DNA from: Octopus sinensis
Lineage: Eukaryota
Reading direction: 5' to 3'
NCBI RefSeq assembly: GCF_006345805.1
Contig: NC_043016.1
Location: 19,034,001-19,098,000, forward strand
Length of the DNA: 64,000 nt
Under the pieces are notes generated by a model, which saw only the letters and a program-made list of their open reading frames with translations, had not been told where the DNA came from and made no database searches. Shown in pieces: positions 1-10,951 of the stretch. How positions within the stretch are numbered: position 1 is the first letter of the stretch; each line of letters opens with the position of its first letter. The position numbers were made by a program, and so were the translations under genes.

Positions 1-414
1 AATAAACTAGTTAAAGTTAGTCAACACACATAACACACGTACACGCATACATTACAAACATGACACACACACACACAGAGAAAACACACATACATGTACG
101 TGCACACACATGCACGCGCACATGCGCGTGCATAGATGTAGACATGCATACATAATTGTGTACATAAATAACATAAGTTTAGATAGCTTATTAAAAACGA
201 GTAGAAAGTTATATAAATAAAAACGCGTGAATGCATGAAGATACATAGATAAATACATAGATAGATACATACATACTAAGATAGCTGGATAGATAAATAA
301 ATGGCAATATAACACCCGTATTCGTTTGTATCTTTAAACGTGCAAGGTGTGAGACAAGGTGTTACGATTTCTCTCACCGAAATACACAACTTAGAATAGA
401 ATAAATCTTAAATA

Positions 415-465
415 AATTAACCTTTCATTTTTGTCTTGCTTCATTTTTTATGTTGTCAGGTAAGT
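415..465 (+). promoter_or_regulatory. Candidate recursive (zero-length exon) splice site
   Basis: TTAAC, then a ~40-nt pyrimidine-rich tract, then CAG|GTAAGT (AG 458-459, GTAAGT 460-465). Confidence 0.3.
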
Positions 466-599
466 GAAAAACATGAAGGAAAAATATAGCAACAAAAAAG
501 GAAACAAAATAATAAGAAAAAAAATGAAATGAAGTAAATGTAGTGATGACAAAACTGGAAGAAAAAAATTAATTTGATGGTGGTTTAGAGTTGCTTGTG

Positions 600-965
600 T
601 TAATGTTAGTATTTCGTGTTGAAAGTCATGATCGTGATAATAGTGATATTGCTAAGAATGATGATGATGAGGAGGAGGAGAAGGAAAAGGAGGAGAACGA
701 CGACGACGACGAGGACGTGGTCGGGGACGACGACGCCGGCATCAGCGGCGGTGGCGGCGGCGATAACGATAACGACGAAGGCAATGATCATTATCATGAT
801 GATAACAGTGGTGGTGGTGGTAGTGGTGATACTATGACAGTGTTGGAAGTGGTGGTGGTGGTGGTGGTGGTACCTGTTGTGGTGTTGATGGCAGTGGCGA
901 TAATAGTGGGGGACGGTGCTGCTGCAAATGATGATGACGATATGATCGTGTTGAGGTGGAAATGA
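600..965. repeat. Mosaic trinucleotide repeat (GAT/GAG/GAC/GGT/GGC)
   Basis: Runs of gatgat, gaggag, gacgac and ggtggt; source of the low-complexity ORFs. Confidence 0.85.
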
Positions 966-989
966 TGGAAACAAGACAAATAGGAATAA

Positions 990-1077
<88 letters not shown>

Positions 1078-1150
1078 GAAGTAAAATGCATGAAAATCAA
1101 AATCATTTTATTGCTAAATTTTTTCCTGTCTAGAATATACACACTTAACA

Positions 1151-1218
<68 letters not shown>

Positions 1219-1309
1219 GTGTGCATGTATATATATATATATCATGCATATATATATATATTATAATATATACATACATACATACATACATACACACAAA
1301 CACACACTC

Positions 1310-1341
<32 letters not shown>

Positions 1342-1370
1342 TATATATTATATATATTTGTGTGTGTGTG
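990..1370. repeat. (TA)n microsatellite tracts
   Basis: Direct inspection; similar tracts recur throughout the window. Confidence 0.95.
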
Positions 1371-1682
1371 TTGTTAAATGTAGCATTCAAGGATCGAGGT
1401 GTAGGAAGAAAGTTAGCTTCAAGCAATCCGTAGTAAAATAATAAAAACTCTTTCGATTGAGGCGGAAGGATGCGATAACCTGAAAAAAATTTATTTTGTA
1501 TTTCACGGTAGGCAACCAGGTTTGCCGCGTATGCAAATGAGAATATAAGAGTTAAGGAATGGAGTAGAGCCTCGGAAGTGGTAAATATCCAAACGAGGTG
1601 TATATCACAGGCTACTTAGAGCTAAAAGCAACAGTAACATCGTCCTCAGTAGGACCGCCACATTTAATCGGCAAAAATGTTA

Positions 1683-1989
1683 CCGGGTTCAGTCCCACTG
1701 CGTGGCACCTTGGGCGACTTCTACTATAGCCTCATGCCGACCAAAGACTTGTGAGTGGCACTGGTAGACGGAAACTGAAAGAAGCCTGCCGTATATATAC
1801 GTATGTGTGTGTGTGTCAGTGTTTGTCCCAAATCATCGCTTGACAACCGATTGTTGTCTTAGCGGTTCGGTAAATAAGACCGATAGAATAAGTACTAGGC
1901 TTACAAAGAATAAGTCTCGAGGTCGATTTGTTCGACTAAAAGGTAGTGCTTCAGCATGGCTGCAGTCAAATGACTGAAACAAATAAAAA

Positions 1990-1994
<5 letters not shown>
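1683..1994 (+). mobile_element. SINE family A (tRNA-type head, internal TA/TG microsatellite), 5'-truncated
   Basis: ccgggttcagtcccactgcgtggcacc...cagcatggctgcagtcaaatgactgaaac, shared with six other copies here. Confidence 0.85.
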
Positions 1995-2029
<35 letters not shown>

Positions 2030-2129
2030 TTTGCCCACTAAATGTGGCAGTTTTATACATATATACACACACACAGACACACACACACACACACATAGGA
2101 GAAGTTGTTTGGGAGTTTGAATTCCTACA

Positions 2130-2380
2130 TAGATGTACGCATATATACAGGCATACAGGTAAACATACATGCATATATACGCACATACATACATACATAC
2201 ATACATGAACATGCATGCACACATACATACGTACATACGTACGTACGTATGTACATACATATATGCATACCTACATACATACATACATGCATACATGCCT
2301 ACATACATACATATATACATACATAATAAATACATACATACATACATACATAGAAAAATACATGCATACATACACACACA
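2130..2380. repeat. (TACA)n microsatellite
   Basis: Direct inspection. Confidence 0.9.
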
Positions 2381-2598
2381 TATAATATTTCGGTGCGAAT
2401 TTATAGTTTTTTTTATAAAGTATTTCGGTATGCTTTTACTTTGCAAACATTGTGTATAAGTAGACGTGTAAACTGAAACAAGATTATTTTCTTTATTTTT
2501 TTTTAATTGGATGAAGCATTCGTTGAAGTACTTTCAGAAATATACTTATATGCTTATAGAAACATAAATATATACATATTTTATACATAAGCATACAA

Positions 2599-2681
<83 letters not shown>

Positions 2682-2714
2682 TGTGTGTGTGTGTGTTTGT
2701 GTATGTATATATTT

Positions 2715-2921
2715 GTGTGCGCGTGTTTGTCCCCCACTATTGCTTGACAACCGATATTGGTGTGTTTACGCCCCCGTAATTTAAGGGTTCGACCAAAAGA
2801 GACCGATAGAATAAGTACTAGGCTCACAAAGAATAAGCCCTGAGATCGATTTGTTCAACTAAAAGGTAGTGCTCCAGCATGGCTGCAGTCAAATGACTGA
2901 AACATGTGAAAAAATAAAAGA
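2715..2921 (+). mobile_element. SINE family A, 3' half
   Basis: ttgcttgacaaccgat...gaataagtactaggc...gctccagcatggctgcagtcaaatgactgaaac. Confidence 0.85.
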
Positions 2922-2952
<31 letters not shown>

Positions 2953-2963
2953 GATATATATAT

Positions 2964-3350
2964 ACTATATATATAAACGGCAGTTTGTCTGTGCGTGTTT
3001 CTGTGTGTCTCGGTTGCTTGTACCCTCACCCTGACCACGGCTTTCAACACCGATTCTGATGAAACTTGACACACACATAGCCCAATGTCATAATTCAAAA
3101 CTAACGCAGCGAAAATTTTGAAAAGTTCCCCCAGTCTCTGAAAAAATCGATAAATTCGACATGGGGTCGAGAATCAGAAACCCAAACCACAAGACCGTCT
3201 AGGGGACGCAACTCCACCTTTTTAACTCTCAAAAAAAAATTTACCATCATTTTTTTCCATTTTTTTGCTATTTTTTGGCTATAACTCTCTAAAAATGCTT
3301 TATAGTTATTTCCCTTACACAACCTGAGCAACGCCGGGCGATACTGCTAG
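2964..3350 (+). mobile_element. Non-autonomous Helitron-like element
   Basis: 3' end has a GC hairpin (cctgagcaacgccggg), then CTAG at 3347-3350 and T; 5' end is ctatatatataaa (canonical TC not intact). Confidence 0.6.
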
Positions 3351-3365
3351 TATATATATATATAT

Positions 3366-3784
3366 AGGAGTGGCTGTGTGGTAAGTAGCTTGCTTACCAA
3401 CCACATGGTTCCGGGTTCAGTTCCACTGCGTGGCACCTTGGGCAAGTGTCTTCGTCTATAGCCTCGGGCCAACCAAAGCCTTGTGAGTGGATTTGGCAGA
3501 CGGAAACTGAAAGAATCCCGTCGTATATATGTATATATATATATATATAATATATATATATATGTATGTGTCTATGTTTGTGTGTCTGTGTTTTTCCCCC
3601 TAGCATCGCTTGACAACCGATACTGTGTGTTTACGTCCCCGTAACTTAGCGGTTCGGCAATAGAAACTGATAGAATAAGTACTAGGCTTACAAAGAATAA
3701 GTCCTGGGGTCGATTTGCTCGACTAAAGGCGGTGCTCCAGCATGGCCGCAGTCAAATGACTGAAACAAATAAAAGAGTATAAGA

Positions 3785-3787
<3 letters not shown>
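3366..3787 (+). mobile_element. SINE family A, near full length
   Basis: aggagtggctgtgtggtaag (A-box-like), ggttcagttcc (B-box-like), internal (TA)n, 3' ...gaaacaaataaaagagta. Confidence 0.9.
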
Positions 3788-3849
<62 letters not shown>

Positions 3850-4642
3850 TCTTGTTTCAGTCAATTGACTGCGGAATTGTACAGCTGCTGCTGTCACCTT
3901 TCAGAAGTAATACAAAGAACATCAATTTTCGTGTGATATATAAAGTTCAAGATATAAAGTAAAAATATTTAATGATAAATGAATGAATAAGTTGCTAATC
4001 AGACAAGTTGTACTGTTATGACAGTATCTGTAAGAAAATTTTTATGCAGCATTATATTGTATTTATATAGATAAAATCTATAAAATCGTGTGAAATCAAA
4101 TGTTATATAAAATTATATTACATAAAATCGGAAATTTATTCACGTTATGAAGCTTACCATTAAATTTGCTCCTCGGGAACAATGTATATTTAAAAAAGAA
4201 TTACAAATTTAATGATTAAAAATATAAAATTTTCTTTACTAAAAAAATGATGGAATATATCTAAAACAACAAAACAAATACAGTTTTTTTAAAGGATATT
4301 TTTATTCTTTCATATGCATTCCCTTAAATGTTAAACATACGGAATTCATTATATAGCTCACCGTCACTTACTATAAAAATATTTTGTCTTAAATTGTTTT
4401 CTTCTCATTTCCTTTCGCAGGAAGATATAATATGTACACACATACAGGAACATGCACAGGCCAACTCCAGCACTCACACACACACGCATACGCACACACA
4501 TATACGCACACACACACACACACACACGCGTATATAATTAACTGTTGTAATATACACAAGGCTATATCGATTTGTATATGAACTTTCATGAGACAATAGT
4601 AATTGGTAACCTGAAACAGAGCTAATAAAAATGTCAACATAC

Positions 4643-4679
<37 letters not shown>

Positions 4680-5689
4680 TACTGGAAGTAATATATTCTG
4701 CGCGTATAAATATTAAAGTAAATATCCGTGTGAGATTCCAGACTTTCATATCCCAAAGCTTTATGCATTATATCAATCATCATTGGAGTAAGTTGTTCTT
4801 TCGCTTTTTTATTATTAGATCGTTGTCATTTGCTTTTCCTAAACGAAAAGAAAAATAACAGTATAAAGGAGATGCTTAAAATTAAGTGTTATGCATGCAT
4901 ACTATATATATATATATATATATATATCTTGAAGAATAAATATAAATGGAATAATATTAAAAATGCACGACCTCATTAAGGGATTAAATATTGTAATTCC
5001 CAGCATACTTAGATCTTTAACTACAGAAACATGCGCATATGCACGCTCATACGGATGAACTTCCGTTCATCCGTGTAAGCACACACGCACATACATACTC
5101 AACTATTCAGAAAGAAGAGTAATACAAAAGACTGGATATAACAACAGATGTTTTAGGAAAGCTTTCTTGAACATGGGTTTTTTTTTTTATCATTTAAAGT
5201 ATTGTAGGAATTTATTTGTTACTTTCCGTCTATTGTACATGCACACATTCATTTCCAAAGGCAAACAGTCACATACTTATGCGTGGAGGTTTCACAGTCA
5301 CAAGTTCCAGTATATGTTTGTATGAATTTAGATATATGGATACTATGTGCACGCATATACATATATATGTAAATTTAGATATAGACAAACGTGTGTTTCT
5401 GCGTATAATTTCATTCACTTCTATAAATATGCGTGTATGCATATATAAAATACAAAAATGGGACAAAAGCGCAAAACATCCAAACAGACGATACAAGGAA
5501 AATAAGGACGGAAAACATGCATATATGTGTGTATATATATATACATATATATATATACAAAGAAGTAAATATATGGCACAAGGAAGTACCGATATTTACT
5601 GGAAATAGCGAACGTAATAATACGACGCTAATGTATAGCTTCACTGGAAAGCATTACTCTAGTATTTGCATTACTAATTTATAATAATA

Positions 5690-5782
<93 letters not shown>

Positions 5783-5784
<2 letters not shown>

Positions 5785-6823
5785 TTGTACTGTCGCTACT
5801 GTCCGGTTTTTGTTACCATTTTTACCCCTCTGCGAAAAGATGTGTTCGACGTCCTTTTGGTGTCCTGTACTCAGATATGCGTGTATATGTACATTAGAGG
5901 TAGGTACGTACATATATGTTTATATATATGCATATGTTTTAGTTTATTATTAATATATTATATGATGAAACGCACGCATCCCTTTTAAGTAAGATTGTTG
6001 TTTTATATCAAGTTTTTGTTCTTGATATTAACTTTAACGCGCACTCTTAACCTTTCTGTCCCATCCCTTTCTCAGCTTCATTCTTTGATTTCCTTTCCTC
6101 TACTTACTTGTCTCTTCCTCTCTCTCATTCTTCACTCTTTCTCTCCCCCTCTCCATTCTTCATGGTTTCCTCGCAGCCATTCCCTTCTTCTCTCCCTTTC
6201 TCTTGCTCCTCTCCCCCCCTTCCCGTCGTTCACCGCGACGGACTTCCGCCTTCCCGTCGTTCACCTGCGACGTCACTTCCGCTGCTGTCTCTCTGGCCTG
6301 GCCCTTTCAAGGTAATGGACGACATTCTTTTTGCTCCGCTCGTCGTTCATAAAAAATTCTGCGTTCGCTATACTTTTTTTCGTTCAGCGTTAACAGCCCT
6401 TCTTAACTTGTTTTTCCTCGTCCTGTCTTTTACTGTTTATAATTTGTACTGTCGTTACTGTCCTGTTTTTGTTACCATTTTTTACCCCTCTGCGAAAAGA
6501 TCTCAGATTTTTAATTGATTTGCTTTCGCAGGAAGGAAGTTTCTTGTCGAAGATACGTCTCGCTTTTATCCTTCGAAAGTAGAGTAGATGAAACCTTTAG
6601 CGACTGAAGAAGGGGTTTTTTTTTGTTGTTAATTGTCCTGTACTCTATTTTTTTTGATGTTTTTAAAAAATGTCCAGTTCCTTGGTTGGTGTCTATGTTT
6701 TCGTTTCTCATTGTGTTCGACGTCCTTTTGGTGTCCTGTACTCATATATGCGTGTATTGTACATGTATAGATTGGTACGTACATATATGTTTATATATAT
6801 GCATATGTTTATTTATATATTAT

Positions 6824-6830
<7 letters not shown>
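5783..6830. mobile_element. Non-coding repeat with partial direct terminal repeats (PLE pseudo-LTR-like)
   Basis: 5783-5840 recurs at 6443-6500 and 5862-5940 recurs at 6713-6812; internal pyrimidine tract and GC-rich patch. Confidence 0.5.
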
Positions 6831-6858
<28 letters not shown>

Positions 6859-6967
6859 TATACGGAGGAGTAAACACATAAATGTGAAACAAGGTGGAAA
6901 AAAGAGTACTCAAATACCAGTGGTAGAGTAATATGCTTATTTTAAGCAGCAGAAAATTCAACAAAAT

Positions 6968-7005
6968 CTGTTACTCTGAGTTTCTCGTTGCCGTTCATCA
7001 GACAG
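6968..7005 (-). ncRNA. Type I hammerhead ribozyme motif (minus-strand arm of palindrome)
   Basis: Reverse complement of the 7036-7073 motif. Confidence 0.7.
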
Positions 7006-7035
7006 TTTTTGCTAGCAAAAGTTTTCTAGCAAAAA

Positions 7036-7073
7036 CTGTCTGATGAACGGCAACGAGAAACTCAGAGTAACAG
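7036..7073 (+). ncRNA. Type I minimal hammerhead ribozyme motif
   Basis: ctgt CTGATGA a-cg-gcaa-cg-a GAAA ctcagag TA acag; stem I ctgt/acag, stem III ACTC-A-GAGT, GUA triplet. Confidence 0.7.
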
Positions 7074-7104
7074 ATTTGTTGAATTTTTGCTGCTTAAAAT
7101 AAAG

Positions 7105-7156
<52 letters not shown>

Positions 7157-7202
7157 TATATTATATTATATATATATTATATATATATTATTATATTTAA
7201 AT

Positions 7203-7845
7203 TAGAGATAAAACCACTATTAGGCAAATCATACAATGAAAAACTAAGCCAATACATAAGATTAATAATTTATATTATTTTAAATATATATCAAAATTAT
7301 TAAAAAAAGATAATAAGTATAACACTACGATCGTTTCATGGCTGTCCAAATCGTAAAAATTCGAGTTACAGTCAATCTTCAGGTGATTGAAATATCTAAA
7401 ATATAATCAGAAATATTTAAACAATATTTTTAAGATATAAATAATATATATAATATAATAATTTTACTCATAATAACTCTATTATCAAACTAGAGACATA
7501 GAACTTAACAATTATGATTATATCAAATCGACTATAATGTTAAATATTAATTTAATTTATAAGGTAGGAAACCCACCCATAATCTAATATCAATATTAGT
7601 CTATATCTAATTACATAAATATTTAAAATGACTAAATATATAAAATTATCAATGAAAATATATAAATGTATATAAATATTATAATTAAGATCTAAAATAA
7701 TCTCTATAAATAATGTATATGCACATATAATAAAAACCTAATAAATTTATTTTTTCATATTTAAAGATGAAATAGCTAATTTCAAAAATACAAATAAACA
7801 CTTAAACGAACTTTGTATGATTTGCCTATAGTGGTTTTATCTCTA
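7203..7845. mobile_element. AT-rich element bounded by ~32-bp inverted repeats
   Basis: tagagataaaaccactattaggcaaatcataca (7203-7235) is inverted at 7814-7845 with one indel. Confidence 0.7.
7323..7385 (-). ncRNA. Type I hammerhead ribozyme motif with extended stem II
   Basis: cac CTGAAGA t-tgactgt...acagcca-t GAAA cgatcg TA gtg; palindromic stem III ACGATCGT, GUA triplet. Confidence 0.6.
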
Positions 7846-7976
7846 GTTAATATAATATAATATTTTACTATAAAATTGGATTCAATCCAAATCTGATTTT
7901 TCCTGTAAGTTTGGATTTATTCCCTAATATTTTATTATTATATATATAATATATATATATATATATAATATATATA

Positions 7977-8007
<31 letters not shown>

Positions 8008-8232
8008 CAGGCATAAAGGGTAATTCAATTTAAAACAAAGACAACAAAAGTCAAAAGAATGTAACCTGTGAATGTATTAGATTCATGCACAGAGAAATTT
8101 AGGATGGAAAAAAGAGGGGGCATGACGTTCGATCATGGGTCTTTGTTAGAAAGATGACGGAGGTAAGTTCCAGAGAGACGGAAAAGAACAGTCCGAGGAA
8201 AGAACGTGTGCCGTTACAAGACTACATATATC

Positions 8233-8447
8233 GAAAACGCATACACAAGGTATGTGTATTGATAGTTCGTGGGCCAGCTGCCCTTTTTAAGGCGTAAGAC
8301 AATATATTCTCTATGCACCTAGTGTAAAAAAACACCTGAAAATTAGTCATAGTCAGGCGAGACAACTCAAAATAGGTCCCTTCTCGGACTTAAAAACAGC
8401 AACCGACCCATGAACTAACAACACATATACCTTGTGTTTGCGTGTTC
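8233..8447. repeat. Imperfect ~50-bp inverted repeat
   Basis: 8233-8280 vs reverse complement of 8397-8447. Confidence 0.75.
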
Positions 8448-9131
8448 TTTCTGTTCAACCTTGATACATCCATGCAGCGCAATGCACCCTGTCTGTTTAC
8501 TTTGTTATAAAAAGTATTCCTTGAATATCTATTGTGCGACTCTTACTTTATGTCTTTCCATCTCTACTCTTACTCTATCTCTTCCCATCCTTGCTTGCCT
8601 CACTTGTAACTTTCTTTTCTCTCTCCGTCACCTATTTTCTCTTCTTCTCTTACTCTATCTCTTTCCATCTCCACTCTTACTCCCTCTTTCCGTACTTGTT
8701 TGCCTCTTTTGTACCGTTCTCTTCTCTCTCTTTCTTTCTTTCTGTCTCTCTCTATCTTTTATTCTCCAGTCCGTCTGCTTCATCGTTCTCCCTCTCTCTG
8801 TCTCCACTTCTTTCCCTCTCTCGTCCTTAGTCCTTCTGCCCTCCACAACACTTCATCCCTGCTACCACATGACCGGTGTGCGGCCAAGGCGTTGTTGTTC
8901 TTTTTTGCTCTGCCTTTGAGTAGACTGGTCATGCTGGTCTGGGCTCCTGCTACACATTCTAGGCCTTTCTTCCTTTCATCTTTGCGCCACTCTACTAAGT
9001 TCGTTCGATAGCTGTAAAGCTCTTTCTGTTGTATTTGCGGTATATGTATAAATATTCTTTTTCTCCTGTTGTATATAACTGTAAGGCTTCGTGCTGTTAT
9101 ATATGCATAATTCTTTGCATTCTGTGCGTTA

Positions 9132-9660
9132 GAGTTGTTGTATAATGTCAACATAACGTGACAGACCCGTAAAGGGAATTACATCACCGCTATTTAGCCC
9201 TAGGAAGCATCGACGCCTCCTGTCGGCTTTGACACATTTCCTGTGTCCTTATATTTGCAAAGGGGAGGCAAGCACCCCCACCAGCTAGGACTAGCAACCT
9301 GAAGACATGCATATTTCTGGGTCTTGCCCGTCATCAGTCCAGGGTAGTGAGTCCCGCTAGATGAGATGCCTGCCAAGCCTTTGCAAATATATATATTTAC
9401 AGTGAAATATATTCACTGGTCACCGTAATTAGAAATATTGAATTTCTAAATGTCTCAAAGAGACATGAGCGGTGGTGGAGCGATAGAGTGGTTGTATAAT
9501 GTCAACATAATGTGACAGTCCCGTAAAGGGAACTACACACCGCTATTTAGCCCTAGGAAGCATCGACGCTTCCTGTCGGCTTTGACACATTTCCTGTGTC
9601 CTTATATTTGCAATGGGGAGGCAAGCACCCCCCCCACCAGCTGGGACTAGCAACCATATT
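9132..9660 (-). mobile_element. Tandem 354-bp unit (1.5 copies) carrying a hammerhead; retrozyme or PLE terminal-repeat-like
   Basis: gagttgttgtataatgtcaacataa at 9132 repeats at 9486; homology ends at ~9663. Confidence 0.7.
9299..9342 (-). ncRNA. Type I hammerhead ribozyme motif
   Basis: ctgga CTGATGA c-ggg-caaga-ccc-a GAAA tatgcatg TC ttcag; GUC triplet. Confidence 0.8.
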
Positions 9661-10199
9661 TCTAATCTTTGTGTGTTGTATTTATGTAATGTTTTGTGTG
9701 TTTCTGTCTTAGTATATATTCGCTAGTTATTTTTTCCAAGAAGCTTAATAGGAGCCGTGACGCCTCCAAAATTGAGTGATCTCAATGGTAAATGGCACGA
9801 AAGTACTATAATATTTTGGGTCATTGGCAAGAGAAAAACAGATGTGAATATTCCCTTAAGTTCCGACTAGTTTTGCGTTTGCTCTGCTTTCGTCTAACTT
9901 CTTTTACTTGTGTTTTTCTGTTTAACCCTTGGTAATATATATGTGGTGTGTGTGTGTGTGTGTGTGGTGTGTGTGGTGTTGTGGTGTGTGGTATATATAT
10001 ATATATACTTCTAATACAGGATAAAAGTTTTTTAAAAAAAGTTCAAAGTGGCAGCATATTAAAAATACCCTTAAAGGTGAAAATTATAAAAAAATATAAA
10101 CAAAGGGCAAAAGAAAAATTATTTCTATGCCAATATGCTGAGAATAGACTTTAAATCGTCAATCACCACATTTCAATATACATTTACCATGAACACACG

Positions 10200-10951
10200 T
10201 CGTGCTGAAATCGAGGAAGGCAAACAAACAGATTTTTTTTTTAATTTGTTATCTCTATATAGAATCAATTTCGGGATTAATCTCACGGATTAATGTGCTT
10301 GTAAGTATTTCATTTATTTCTTATCGTATTCTCTACTGAAGAGGGAAAAATTCCCACAGAAAAAATCGCACGGGTTCAAATCAGGTGACCGGGTGCGCTA
10401 ACCGATGTCACCACGTAATGAGATCAAATGACCGGGGAACATCTCCCTCACAATCCCCATCACATGTCGAGAAGTGTGGGCTATTGCCCCTTCCTGCTGA
10501 AACCAAACATTGCCCATATTGTCAAGCTCATTCAATTTGGGTTTCAGTAAAAAGTCTGTAGCATCACACAATATCGATCAGAGTTCACAGTCACTGTAAC
10601 ATTATCTTCGAAGAAGTATGTACTACAAATGCCGAATTCTGCAGCTGCAGAAATTCGAGTAGGTACGGGATCATGTCTAACACGTCTTAAGTGCACGTAG
10701 AACGCTATTCATGTTGCAGTTACGGATTCGTTGTTCTAGATAAAACTTTCCACTAATGAATGCGCGATGCTCGCCCGTCCAATTCATGTTGGCAACTGCA
10801 AGCGAAATGACACAAAATGTCATAGATTTCATCTATTAACACAAAATGGCATTATATGTACATTTCGAAAATAAAAACGTATTTTTCTTTCTTTAATCTA
10901 TTTCAATTTTATTAAACCTACAAATGTGTCAGATCATTTTGCTACACCCTG
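10200..10951 (-). mobile_element. Tc1/mariner transposon relic, internally deleted
   Basis: TA|cagggtgtagcaaaatg terminus at 10951; minus strand reads MNWTGEHRAF, WFQQEGAIAH and RSPDLNPCDFFLW. Confidence 0.9.

Larger units (their letters stand above)
6936..7104. repeat. Fold-back palindrome, ~80-bp arms, 10-nt spacer
   Basis: 6936-7015 is the near-perfect reverse complement of 7026-7104. Confidence 0.95.

Noticed and set aside
21-2459. Many ORFs rich in YI/CV/HT repeats or poly-D/V/H
   Set aside because: Translations of (TA)n, (CA)n, (TACA)n and triplet microsatellites, which lack stops by composition; the same applies to the ORFs at 56068-57699 and 59024-60580.
10336-10365. ctgaagagggaaaaattccc..gaaa
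   Set aside because: Antisense of mariner coding sequence (PCDFFLW); spacing is wrong for a hammerhead.
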